A DNA stretch of 64,000 bases from Pseudomonadota bacterium (GTDB lineage Bacteria; Bdellovibrionota_B; Oligoflexia; Oligoflexales; CAIYRB01), in assembly GCA_026390435.1 (NCBI GenBank), contig JAPLFY010000031.1, forward strand, positions 52,553 through 116,552, written 5' to 3'. Positions 1-10,300 of this stretch are shown in pieces; the stretch's first letter is position 1, and the number at the start of each line of letters is the position of its first letter. The notes beneath the pieces are model-generated. The model ran no database searches. It had not been told where the DNA came from and was given only the letters and a program-made list of their open reading frames with translations. Made by a program: the position numbers and the translations under genes.

Positions 1-30
1 CGTGTCCACGTTAGTGGTCAACTATGCAAT

Positions 31-51
31 AATTATGGCACACTCATAATT
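31..51. promoter_or_regulatory. Dyad AATTATG-N7-CATAATT containing a T-N11-A LysR-type box
   Basis: Perfect 7-bp inverted repeat about 50 nt upstream of the lysR start; function inferred. Confidence 0.4.
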
Positions 52-68
52 GGTACGAAAGTTTATAT

Positions 69-97
69 TATCTATTAATAGCATTCATTTTGAGAAT
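69..97. promoter_or_regulatory. Putative LTTR binding region TATCTATT-N6-ATTCATTTT-N2-GAAT (copy 1, upstream of lysR)
   Basis: Contains the dyad ATTC-N7-GAAT (T-N11-A); near-identical copy at 7035-7063. Confidence 0.6.
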
Positions 98-102
98 ACC
101 CC

Positions 103-978
103 ATGGAGCTGAATCACCTTAAGTACTTCCACGCCGTAGTGAAGGAAGGCAGCTTCACCCGCGCGGCAAAAGCCATGCGAATCCAGCAACCTACAATCAG
201 TAAAATGGTCCGGTCGCTTGAGGAAGAACTGGGCGTCGTGCTGCTTGAACGCTATCGCAGCGGGGTACACCTAACCCACGCAGGTGGCGAGATTTTCAAA
301 CGCTGTCAAGAAATTTTCCAAAGCGTCGAGGAGATAAAAACGGTCTCTGGCCAAGAAATGACCGAGTGCCAGGGCGCTCTTTCTTTTGGCTTAACTGACT
401 CTGCGGCCAGTACTTTGGGGCCAATGGTCCTGGACAACTTTCTCGCCCACCATCCCAAGGTAAGACCATCACTTTTTTCCGGCGCCTCGAATTTAATCTG
501 TAACGAACTCATCGAGGGCCGAGTCGAATTTGGCCTGTTTTTCACAATCCCTAACAATGATGATTTTTTTGTTAAAGAACTGATGAAGATTCCATTTCAA
601 GTGGTCATCAGTAACGAACATAAGCACAAAGCCAAACTTCGCTCACAGTTCATCATCTCTCGCGACATTGACTATCCAAAGTCGCGCCCATTTCCCGTCC
701 TTGAAATGCTTAAGAAGAACAAAGTTGCGTTTGATGTTGCCGCTTCTAGCAACAACCTAGATTCCCAAAAGCAGATGGTACTGCAAGGCTTAGGCGTCGC
801 TCTCTTGCCGCGCTTCATGATCAAATCAGATATCGCTGCCGGCACACTGTCTGTGCTCTATCCGAAAAAAGAATTCGCTTACAGCCTAAAACTAGTCACG
901 CGCAAAAGATGGGTATTGTCGAAGAATGCCGAAACTTTTCTCGAATTCTTCAACAGAGTCATTGGCGAGCTTATCTAA
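103..978 (+). CDS. LysR-family transcriptional regulator (GltC-like by context)
   Basis: N-terminal HTH LKYFHAVVKEGSFTRAAKAMRIQQPTISKMVRSLEEELGVVLLER; C-terminal MVLQGLGVALLP; adjacent to gltBD. Confidence 0.92.
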   Translation: MELNHLKYFHAVVKEGSFTRAAKAMRIQQPTISKMVRSLEEELGVVLLERYRSGVHLTHAGGEIFKRCQEIFQSVEEIKTVSGQEMTECQGALSFGLTDSAASTLGPMVLDNFLAHHPKVRPSLFSGASNLICNELIEGRVEFGLFFTIPNNDDFFVKELMKIPFQVVISNEHKHKAKLRSQFIISRDIDYPKSRPFPVLEMLKKNKVAFDVAASSNNLDSQKQMVLQGLGVALLPRFMIKSDIAAGTLSVLYPKKEFAYSLKLVTRKRWVLSKNAETFLEFFNRVIGELI

Positions 979-994
979 GGTTCGTGACAGAAAA

Positions 995-2404
995 TCACTT
1001 CTGCAAATAACGCTCGATAGCAACCGCGGCTTGTCTGCCCTCTGCAATGGCCCATACGATTAGCGATGCGCCGCGCCGCGCATCACCCGCAACAAATACT
1101 CCAGGCAAAGTCGTCATACCGTTACTGTCACCAGCAAGAGTCCCATTTGGACGCTGAACTAATCCAGGCGTAGAACTGGCGAAGCCTTCTGGCACACCAA
1201 CAAAGCCGATAGCGAGTAAGACTAAATCCACATCAAGAGTGAACTCGGTGCCCGGCTTGTGAAAGACCTGCCCATCCCGCAACTCGCACTGAATAGCATG
1301 CAGTTGCTGAACCTTGGCGTTTTGACCGGAAAAACTCGTAGTAATCACCCCGAAAATTCGTTCACAGCCCTCTTCATGAGCATGCGATACCTTTAAGTCG
1401 TTCGATGGAAGCGGCCAAAGTGCGTCGCCGCCTCCCTTCACATCGGGCACTGCTAATAGCGAGAGTTCGTGAATACTTTTGGCGCCTTGACGTCGCGCGG
1501 TGCCAATACAGTCGGAACCTGTGTCACCTCCGCCGATCACCACTACCCGCTTGCCTTTAGCACTGATGGTTGGCGGTGAGCTCTCACCACTGTGAGCTCT
1601 ATTTTGCTGACAAAGATAGTCCATCGCTAAATGGACGCCACCTAACTCACGTCCAGGAGTCACTAGATCACGCGGCGCTTCGGCCCCGACAGCGAGAAGG
1701 ACGGCATCGTAGTCGCGTCGAAGCTCTTCGAGCGAGCGATCTTTTCCGACCTTCACACCCATCACGAACTCGACGCCTTCCGCCTCCATTTGCTCAATCC
1801 GGCGCTCAACGACACTTTTTGCCATTTTAAAATCGGGGATTCCGTACCTTAACAGTCCCCCCGGATGTTTGGCTTTGTCAAAAACACTCACTTGAAATCC
1901 ACGTCGCCTTAGTTGCTGTGCAGCGGCAAGACCAGCCGGTCCAGAGCCGACTACAGCAACTCGCTCCTGCCTTAGAACAGTAGGGACCCGCGGCGAGACC
2001 CAACCAGAGACGAAACCCCGTTCTATGATAGCCAATTCAATCTCACGAATCGTCACCGGCGACTGTTCGCGATTTAGAACACAGGCATTCTCACAAGGCG
2101 CAGGACAAAGAAAGCCAGTAAACTCAGGAAAATTATTTGTAGCGTGAAGAGAATGTAGTGCCTCGTGCCAATGTCCTCGCGATACCATATCACTCCATTC
2201 AGGAATGGCATTGTGTACCGGGCAGCCGAAGTCACTCTGGCAGAAAGGAACACCGCAATCCATACAGCGGCCAGCCTGACGGGCACTTTTCTCATAAGGT
2301 ACTTTTTTAGGCCCTATGTATTGCCAATCATGAGCTCTCTCCTGAACGGGACGATAAGGCGTTTTTTCACGCGGAATCTTCAGAAAACCCGTGGGCTCAG
2401 ACAT
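995..2404 (-). CDS. gltD: Glutamate synthase small (beta) subunit
   Basis: RCMDCGVPFC...CPVHN and CPAPCENAC Fe-S motifs, GSGPAG and GGGDTG Rossmann motifs. Start moved to ATG 2404 (MSEPTGF), overlapping the gltB stop. Confidence 0.95.
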   Translation of the reverse strand: MSEPTGFLKIPREKTPYRPVQERAHDWQYIGPKKVPYEKSARQAGRCMDCGVPFCQSDFGCPVHNAIPEWSDMVSRGHWHEALHSLHATNNFPEFTGFLCPAPCENACVLNREQSPVTIREIELAIIERGFVSGWVSPRVPTVLRQERVAVVGSGPAGLAAAQQLRRRGFQVSVFDKAKHPGGLLRYGIPDFKMAKSVVERRIEQMEAEGVEFVMGVKVGKDRSLEELRRDYDAVLLAVGAEAPRDLVTPGRELGGVHLAMDYLCQQNRAHSGESSPPTISAKGKRVVVIGGGDTGSDCIGTARRQGAKSIHELSLLAVPDVKGGGDALWPLPSNDLKVSHAHEEGCERIFGVITTSFSGQNAKVQQLHAIQCELRDGQVFHKPGTEFTLDVDLVLLAIGFVGVPEGFASSTPGLVQRPNGTLAGDSNGMTTLPGVFVAGDARRGASLIVWAIAEGRQAAVAIERYLQK

Positions 2405-5400
2405 GGCCATGAACCTCGTGCGACGCAGGGCGGCGAGCCGATGAGATAGTTGCTGTCGCCGTCCTCTTTTGATCAGAAATGCATTCTTTTTTTGGCGAAA
2501 TTTTGACGAATTTGGGCAGATGCCAATCCCAGTTCGCCATGATCGCCGACGCCTTAGCACTGTGCGTGTGACCAATATGACGGTTTATAATCTGCCGGAG
2601 CAGCACTGCATCGGACTGATCCGCATCGGATGTCATCCGCTGAATATCCACCATTCCAGTGTTACAGCGCAGGTGGAATAGTCCGTCCGCATCTAACACA
2701 AAAGCCAGGCCGCCCGACATACCGGCACCAAAATTACGACCGACAGCACCTAGGACAACGACAACTCCACCAGTCATATATTCACAACCATGATCACCGA
2801 CACCTTCGACTACAGCCAGAGCTCCGCTGTTGCGGACGGCAAAGCGTTCTCCTGCTGTTCCCGCGACAAATAGCGATCCGGACGTGGCTCCGTATAAGGT
2901 AGTGTTGCCAATCAGTACGGGGGCCTCCTGATCAAACAAAGCCTGAGGCGGGGGCGCCACGACCAGCCTGCCGCCGCTGAGGCCCTTACCTACATAGTCA
3001 TTTGCTGCACCGACCAAATAAGCGCTAACTCCACCGGCCAGAAAAGCTCCAAACGACTGGCCAGCTGTTCCTTCAAAACGCAGCGTGATACTGCCATCTG
3101 CTAGCCCGTCAGAACCGTGCCGCCTAGCGATTTCACCCGATAATAAAGCTCCTGTAGAGCGTTGAGCGTTATTAATACGCCGCGACAGCACTACCGGAGT
3201 CTTGTCTTCCAAGGCTGGTCGACATTGAGATAGGAGAGATTCATCGTAATCATCCGGCCTGAAACCTGCGGCAACGACCACAGCAGTGTGCTCAACCTCG
3301 GGCCTATGCAAAAGTGCCGACAAATCAATATGCTGAGATTTTGCTGGGCCTTCAATACGCCGCTGATGCAATAGGTCGGTGCGTCCCACCAGCTCACTAA
3401 ACGATTTGATGCCAAGATTGGCCATGATCGACCGGGCCTCTTCCGCAACAAAGAAGAAGTAATTAATCACATGCTCGGGCTTACCGCTAAAGCGCTTTCT
3501 CAGCTCTGGATCTTGCGTGGCGATACCCACTGGACAAGTATTCAAGTGACACTTGCGCATCATAATACAGCCCTGCACGATGAGCGGGGCCGTGGAGAAC
3601 CCAAATTCATTCGCACCTAACATCGCTGCAATGACAACATCACGACCGGTGCGAAGTTGACCATCAGTCTCCAGAACTACTCGGTCGCGCAAACGATTAA
3701 TGATCAACGTCTGGTGAACTTCAGCTAGGCCAAGTTCCCAGGGTGCTCCAGCATGTTTAATTGAGCTAAGCGGTGAAGCACCGGTGCCACCATTGTCGCC
3801 ACTAATCAAAATCTTATTTGCACCGGCTTTAGCCACCCCAACAGCGACCGCACCAATTCCAGCCTCAGAAACCAATTTTACCGAAATACGTGCTCTAGGA
3901 TTGGCATTTTTAAGGTCAAAAATCAGCTGTGCCAAATCTTCGATTGAGTAGATGTCGTGGTGGGGCGGCGGAGAAATCAGCGAAACACCAGGAGTCGAGT
4001 GTCGAAGCTTTGCAATCTGCGCATCTACTTTATGACCAGGCAGCTGGCCGCCCTCACCCGGCTTAGCCCCTTGCGCAATCTTGATCTGGATCTCGTCGGC
4101 GTTAATCAAATAATGGATCGTTACACCGAAACGACCAGAGGCAACTTGTTTGATGGCAGAATTTTGCGAATTATCTTTACTAACTGCAGCAAATCGCGCA
4201 GGATCCTCCCCACCTTCGCCAGTATTACTCTTACCACCAATACGGTTCATCGCGACGGCGAGTGCTTCATGGGATTCCTGACTGATCGCACCAAGTGACA
4301 TGGCACCCGTCGTGAATCGCTTAACGAGATCCGCTGCGGACTCAACCTCGGCAAGCTCGATCGGTGCCTTTATAGACACTGGCGCAAGTAAATGGCGCAA
4401 GGCTAGAGGTGACCCCACATCCGCGTTTGCAATTGCTTGAAAAGCCGAATAGGCCTTAAAGCTATTGGTGATCGTTGCATGCTGTAAAGTCGCGATAGCT
4501 TCTGGATTCCAGCTATGACTCTCGCCGGCGTTTCTGTAGTGAACATAGCCACCAGGAGGCGGCAAATCTCCAACAGATGTCGACTTTTTAAACCCTGCAA
4601 TGTGGCGGGTGAGCGTTTCCGTCGCCAGCTCGCTAAGCGTTAACCCACCTATCCGCGCGCTGGTGGCGGGAAAATACTCATCGATGAGTTCATCCGACAG
4701 GCCGATGGCTTCGAAAATCTGCGCCCCACAGTACGATTGCAGAGTAGTGATTCCCATCTTAGAGAGAATCTTAGTGACCCCCTTGCTGATGGCTTTTATA
4801 TAGCCATTGGTAGCTTCTTGCGATGACACCCGCCGGCTCAGCTCACCTCTGTCAACAAGATTTTTAACACTAGCAAGAGCTAGATACGGCGCTACCGCGA
4901 CAGCACCGTATCCCAGTAAACAGGCAAAATGATGGGGGCTGCGAGCCTCACCGGTTTCGATAACTAGGTCAGTACGGCTACGCAAACCAAGGTTAATCAA
5001 GTGATTGTGAACTGCAGAGACAACTAGCAGACTTGGCATAGCGACGTGACTCGCATCAACCCCAAGGTCGCTGAGGACAATTAGAGCAGCCCCGCTTCTG
5101 GCCTCTTTTGCCGCTGTATCAATAAGCTCACTCAGTGCCATTTGCATTCCAGCAACACCAGTTGCCACTGGAAACAAAGTAGATAACGTTCGCGTTTTTA
5201 ATGCTGGTAATCGTTTTAACTGAGATAGCTCGACAGATGTTAGGATAGGCGACTCTAGCCTAACCAATAAAGCTGAGGATGATGGTGGTGCTGCTAAGTT
5301 ACCCTTGGCTCCAAGGTACATAGTCAGAGACATAACCATGTCTTCGCGCAAGGGATCGATGGGTGGGTTCGTGACTTGAGCAAACTGCTGTTTAAAATAG

Positions 5401-6941
5401 TCGAACAGCGGCCTGGCTTTATGCGACAACACTGCCAACGGCGTGTCATCACCCATGGAGCTAACCGCCTCCTCACCACTCACTGCCATTGCTACGAGCG
5501 ATGTAATCAATTCCTCTCGCGAGTAGCCAAAAGCCGTCTGCTGGCGATTTAAATCCGCGACGACGTCCGACTCACTTTCCACACCAGACTCAAGTTGGGT
5601 GATGTGGCGATCTACCCAGCCACTGTAATCAAACTGCCCCGCAGCTTTCGCTTTCAACTCAAAGTCGCTGATCACTCTCTGCTGCATCGTATCGACCAGC
5701 AACATTTCACCCGGCTTAAGCCTACCCCAAATCTTAATCTGCTCGGTAGGAACCGGCAAAACTCCGGCCTCCGAGGCTAAGATAATTGTGTCGTCATGGG
5801 TGATTGTGTAACGACATGGTCTCAGGCCGCTACGATCCAAAGCCACCCCAAGCACCCGGCCATCTGTGAAACAAAGTGCTGCGGGTCCGTCCCATGGTTC
5901 CATTAACGTGGCGTTATATTCGCAGTAGGAACGCCGCGCTTTGTCTAAAAACGTGTTCTTTTGCCAGGCCTCCGGCACCAAAATACGCAGCGCCTCATCG
6001 ATAGACCTTCCGGTCAACATCAGTAACTCAACGGCATCGTCTAGACACGCAGAATCACTTTGACCTGGAGCAATTAAAGGCCGTAGCTCAGCCGCAAATT
6101 CACCGAAAAGCTCGTTCGCTAGAGTGACTTCACGCGCACGGAACCAGTTAATATTGCCGCGGATGGTATTGATTTCACCGTTATGACACAGCCAACGAAA
6201 TGGGTGGGCCAGGCTCCAGGTTGGAAACGTGTTCGTGCTGAAGCGGGAGTGCACGGCAGCCATTGCGGAGGTAAATCGCGGATCGGTAAGATCAAGAAAG
6301 TACGTGGACACCTGCTCCGGCAGCAACATGCCTTTATATACTATGGTATGAACCGACAAGCTCGCCACATGCATGGCACTCGCCGCAGGACCAAGCTGCA
6401 CATTGGCGAAATTTTCCGTAAGTCTGCGGGCTAGATATAGACTGCGGTTGAAGGCTAAATCATCATTCTGGGCACGGCCTCTGCCAATAAAGACTTGATA
6501 AACCGCAGGCTGAACAATAGCGGCAGCTTCGCCCAATACGTCGGTGTCTACAGGGACCGACCGATGTCCCAGCCACTCGAGACCAACTCGCTCAGATTGA
6601 TTACGAAAGATCGTTAGGATCTCATTACGCTGTCCGGCATCTGTAGGTAGAAACACCATACCGACAGCGTAGTCCTCCGCACTAGGGAGGGAGCTCCCAA
6701 GACGCAGGGCCACGTCGACGAGAAAAGCGTGAGGCTTTTGCGTGATGATTCCGGCCCCGTCACCCGTCTGCGGGTCGTAGCCCTGCGCACCACGGTGCCG
6801 AAGATTTTGCAGGATCGTTAAGGCCTGCCGAACCACGGTATGACTGCGCTCACCCTTGACGTTAACAATCGCGCCAATACCGCAACCATCGCGTTCAAAC
6901 CGTGGATTATAAAGGCCCTGTTGCTGCTGAGTCGTAATCAT
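2397..6941 (-). CDS. gltB: Glutamate synthase large (alpha) subunit
   Basis: ERDGCG N-terminal nucleophile Cys, HSRFSTNT, HNGEINT, AQGAKPGEGGQLPG, CIMMRKCHLNTCPVG 3Fe-4S motif. Start moved to ATG 6941. Confidence 0.97.
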   Translation of the reverse strand: MITTQQQQGLYNPRFERDGCGIGAIVNVKGERSHTVVRQALTILQNLRHRGAQGYDPQTGDGAGIITQKPHAFLVDVALRLGSSLPSAEDYAVGMVFLPTDAGQRNEILTIFRNQSERVGLEWLGHRSVPVDTDVLGEAAAIVQPAVYQVFIGRGRAQNDDLAFNRSLYLARRLTENFANVQLGPAASAMHVASLSVHTIVYKGMLLPEQVSTYFLDLTDPRFTSAMAAVHSRFSTNTFPTWSLAHPFRWLCHNGEINTIRGNINWFRAREVTLANELFGEFAAELRPLIAPGQSDSACLDDAVELLMLTGRSIDEALRILVPEAWQKNTFLDKARRSYCEYNATLMEPWDGPAALCFTDGRVLGVALDRSGLRPCRYTITHDDTIILASEAGVLPVPTEQIKIWGRLKPGEMLLVDTMQQRVISDFELKAKAAGQFDYSGWVDRHITQLESGVESESDVVADLNRQQTAFGYSREELITSLVAMAVSGEEAVSSMGDDTPLAVLSHKARPLFDYFKQQFAQVTNPPIDPLREDMVMSLTMYLGAKGNLAAPPSSSALLVRLESPILTSVELSQLKRLPALKTRTLSTLFPVATGVAGMQMALSELIDTAAKEARSGAALIVLSDLGVDASHVAMPSLLVVSAVHNHLINLGLRSRTDLVIETGEARSPHHFACLLGYGAVAVAPYLALASVKNLVDRGELSRRVSSQEATNGYIKAISKGVTKILSKMGITTLQSYCGAQIFEAIGLSDELIDEYFPATSARIGGLTLSELATETLTRHIAGFKKSTSVGDLPPPGGYVHYRNAGESHSWNPEAIATLQHATITNSFKAYSAFQAIANADVGSPLALRHLLAPVSIKAPIELAEVESAADLVKRFTTGAMSLGAISQESHEALAVAMNRIGGKSNTGEGGEDPARFAAVSKDNSQNSAIKQVASGRFGVTIHYLINADEIQIKIAQGAKPGEGGQLPGHKVDAQIAKLRHSTPGVSLISPPPHHDIYSIEDLAQLIFDLKNANPRARISVKLVSEAGIGAVAVGVAKAGANKILISGDNGGTGASPLSSIKHAGAPWELGLAEVHQTLIINRLRDRVVLETDGQLRTGRDVVIAAMLGANEFGFSTAPLIVQGCIMMRKCHLNTCPVGIATQDPELRKRFSGKPEHVINYFFFVAEEARSIMANLGIKSFSELVGRTDLLHQRRIEGPAKSQHIDLSALLHRPEVEHTAVVVAAGFRPDDYDESLLSQCRPALEDKTPVVLSRRINNAQRSTGALLSGEIARRHGSDGLADGSITLRFEGTAGQSFGAFLAGGVSAYLVGAANDYVGKGLSGGRLVVAPPPQALFDQEAPVLIGNTTLYGATSGSLFVAGTAGERFAVRNSGALAVVEGVGDHGCEYMTGGVVVVLGAVGRNFGAGMSGGLAFVLDADGLFHLRCNTGMVDIQRMTSDADQSDAVLLRQIINRHIGHTHSAKASAIMANWDWHLPKFVKISPKKECISDQKRTATATISSARRPASHEVHGHV

Positions 6942-7034
6942 GACGCGGTCATCCAGAGTAACGAGCTGAATCAGTACCCATATATTAGACGAGCCTAACA
7001 TTCGGCCAACCGGCCAATATAAGAAAATATATAA

Positions 7035-7063
7035 TATCTATTTTAAAAATTCATTTTTTGAAT
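7035..7063. promoter_or_regulatory. Putative LTTR binding region (copy 2, upstream of gltB)
   Basis: TATCTATT-ttaaaa-ATTCATTTT-tt-GAAT with the same spacing as 69-97; a candidate -10 TATATT lies on the minus strand at 7016-7021. Confidence 0.6.
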
Positions 7064-7219
7064 GGGTCGGGCACTGGCTGCAACCTACTGTAAACACGAT
7101 CACGCCGAGAATTGCCCAGAAGATATGAAATTAATTAATTATTTTTTTCAAAAGCGGCCAAAATAGGCAAAGAGGAACCTAGAGGCACACGCTGATGTAT
7201 TGAATTTTATGTGATTAAA

Positions 7220-7296
7220 TGGTGGTGAGGGCGAGACTTGAACTCGCGACCTATGGGTTATGAATCCATCGCTCTAACCAGCTGAGCTACCCCACC
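7220..7296 (-). tRNA. tRNA-Met(CAT), probably elongator (Ile2 not fully excluded)
   Basis: Reverse complement GGTGGGGTAGCTCAGCTGGTTAGAGCG...TTCATAA...GGTCGCGAGTTCAAGTC...CACCACCA; D arm, T loop, encoded CCA; G1:C72 pair argues against initiator. Confidence 0.93.
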
Positions 7297-7339
7297 AGGG
7301 GAAAGTTCGAGCTAGTTAGTTAAATGGCTAGGGCCGCCA

Positions 7340-7345
7340 TGTCAA
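7340..7345 (-). promoter_or_regulatory. Candidate sigma70 -35 (TTGACA) for tRNA-Met
   Basis: Perfect TTGACA 44-49 nt upstream of the tRNA 5' end; the -10 (TTAACT/TAACTA) is weak. Confidence 0.35.
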
Positions 7346-7385
7346 TCGAAAGATCGAAAGATCCGCAATACCGAGCATCGGGCGC

Positions 7386-10300
7386 TTAACTGCGATATGG
7401 CGGCAGGGCTATAACCTCGTGGCTGGAAGCGAAATCTGGATACCTACCCAAAGCTTGGGCAAAGGCGATCGTCGTCTCCATATTCGTCAGCAACGAGCAG
7501 CCAAACTGCACTGCGGCCTGACGAATTTGCGCACCGTAACTAAGCTCCTGATGATGTAACGCCTTAGGGACGTTAATGACAAGATCAACCAGGCCCTCTT
7601 TGATGACCCGAATGACGTCCACCGGGCCGTCCTCAGCCCCCTCAGCAGGCCATGCCAGCCTCTCTACAGCAAACCCGTGCTTCTCTAAGTAGTCAGCCGT
7701 GCCAGCCGTGGCATACAAAGGCAGCTGCATTTTGGTGAAGAAGCTAGCGCATTCGAGAAACTTCAACTTCTCGCTTTCCGGCCCCGCAGAGACAAGCACG
7801 CCTTTTTTCGGTCGGCGGCATTTCGCTGCCTCAAGAGAGAGCAATAAGGCCTCTTCGAAAGATCGCCCTATGCAGCCAACTTCGCCGGTTGAGGCCATCT
7901 CCACGCCAAGAACCGGGTCTGCACCGGCCAGTCGGGTGAAGCTAAACATCGGCGCCTTAACCCCGACATGCGGAAGATCCTCTTCCGGGAAACGCAGCAG
8001 CGCAGGCTTCTCCCCGATGATAGACGCAGTCGCCGCGTCGGCTAGATTTAGACCCACCACCTTCGAAACAAAAGGAAAGGAGCGTGCGGCTCGAGCGTTA
8101 CATTCAATGACTTTGATATGATTTTGGCGAGCTAAGAATTGAATATTGAAAGGACCATTGAGATTTAGACCGCGCGCAATCAAGCGGGCAGCCACGCGAA
8201 CACGCCGCACCGTCTCCACATACAGCCTCTGCGCCGGGACCACCATCGTGGCATCCCCTGAATGTACCCCAGCGTTCTCAATGTGCTCACTGACCACGGC
8301 AGTGAGAATCTCACCGTCCTTGGCAACTCCGTCTAACTCAATTTCCCGGGCGCCAAGTAAGAACTCGGAAATCACCACTGGATAATCTGTAGAAATATCA
8401 ACGGCTAAAGCTAGCGACTGAGCCAGGGATTCGCTGTCAAAAGCCACTCTCATAGCGGCACCAGAAAGCACATAACTAGGCCGAATTAAGACAGGAAAGC
8501 CGACTTCACTGATAAACTTTTCCACATCCGCTTGGGTGGTTGCGGCCACCCACCGCGGCTGATCGATCCCCAGTTTATCGAGAATGGCCGAGAAGAGACT
8601 GCGGTTCTCTGCCTTGTCGATGGTTTCTGGGCTGTGGCCAAGCAGGCGTACGCCTGCAGCAGCCAACGGCAATGCCAACTTATTCGGCAACTGCCCGCCC
8701 ATGCATGCGATGACACCAGTCGGTTGCTCGACCTCGCAAATGTCGAGGATTCGCTCTAGGGTCATCTCCTCGAAATACAAACGGTCCGAACTATTGTAGT
8801 CAGTGGATACGGTCTCTGGGTTGCAGTTAATAATGACACTGCGCCACCCAGCCTTTTGTAGCTCACGACTACAGCTAACCGCACACCAGTCAAACTCAAC
8901 ACTCGTGCCAATGCGGTAAGCCCCACTCCCCAGCACCACAATGGGTTTCTTACCGTCGTCTGGCAACTGGTCACTAAACATGCCGACGTAAGACATATAA
9001 AGGTAGTTGGAAGGTGATGGGTACTCACCCGCGGTGGTGTCGATCTTTTTGATTAAGGGAACCACTCCCTTTTGCTTGCGCAGTTCACGCACGACTCGAG
9101 AGCCAATCTGCACGCGCTTTTCTGACAGCTTTACCGGCAGATTTTGCTTCAGATTTTCTGAGTTTTCGTTACTTGCTTTTAATGCTAGAGCAGCAATCTG
9201 TTCGTCACCGAATCCAGCACTCTTGAGTCGCCGCCACATCGGCGCATCGAGCTCGCCAAACACAGCGTTCAGGTAGGCCTGATCATCACCATGATGAGTC
9301 GTTCTTCCTGCTGCCTCAGATACGCGCTGCTCAAGCGCAGTGATTTCGCGTAAATTAGCGAGAAACCACTTGTCAATGGCAGTCAAAGCATGAATCTTCT
9401 CGATATCCCATGAATGACGCAATGCATTCAAAACAGCATAAAAACGCGTGTCCGTCGGATTCGCCAAAGCTGCCGCGAGCTCTGATTCCGAAGTCTGGCT
9501 AAAAGCACTAAGGCCCTCGCCATGTTCCGTCACCATCCGAATGGCCTTCTGAATGGCCTCGGGAAAACTGCGGCCGATCGCCATGACCTCGCCGACCGAC
9601 TTCATAGTCGAGCCAAGCAGCCGCGAGGCACCGCGAAACTTCACCAAATCCCAGCGGGGTACCTTGATCGTCACGTAATCGAGCGCAGGCTCAAAATAGG
9701 CGTAAGTAACACCCGTTACTGGATTGATCAGCTCTAGTAGATCATGGCCAAGCACTACTTTCGCCGCAACATAGGCAATCGGGTAGCCGGAGGCCTTGCT
9801 TGCTAAAGCTGAAGATCGCGACAGGCGAGCGTTTATCTCGATCACAAAAAATTGATGACTAAATGGATCTAGAGCATATTGAACGTTACATTCACCGACA
9901 ATGGCGCAGGCCTCGACAATCTGCTGCGCCGCATTGCGAAGAATCTGATACTCATCGTCGGAGAGTGTCTGGCTTGGACATACGACTATGGAATCGCCAG
10001 TATGGATACCCAGTGGGTCGAAGTTTTCCATGTTGCAGATAGTGATGATATTTCCCTCACCATCGCGCATGACTTCATATTCAACTTCTTTCCACCCTTT
10101 AAGGGACTTCTCAACAAGTACCTGGGGCGAGTTGGCTAAGGCAGGCACCACTAAAGCTGCCAGCTCTTTTGCATTTGAAGCAAATCCAGACCCAAGCCCC
10201 CCCAAAGCGTATGCCGCTCTGACGATCACCGGATAACCAATGTCAGCGGCAGCTTTTTCCGCCGCGACGAGCGTAGTGACCGCCTTACTCGATGGAACCG

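Noticed and set aside
7049-7063. ATTCA/TGAAT dyad as an ArgR box
   Set aside because: ARG boxes read TGAAT-N4-ATTCA; here the half-sites are in the opposite order, which fits an LTTR T-N11-A box.
1-7296. lysR-gltBD as an island integrated at tRNA-Met
   Set aside because: No integrase, no duplicated tRNA 3' end in the window and no obvious compositional shift; the left boundary is not visible.
7346-7361. TCGAAAGA direct repeat downstream of carB
   Set aside because: Only two 8-nt copies; compatible with chance.
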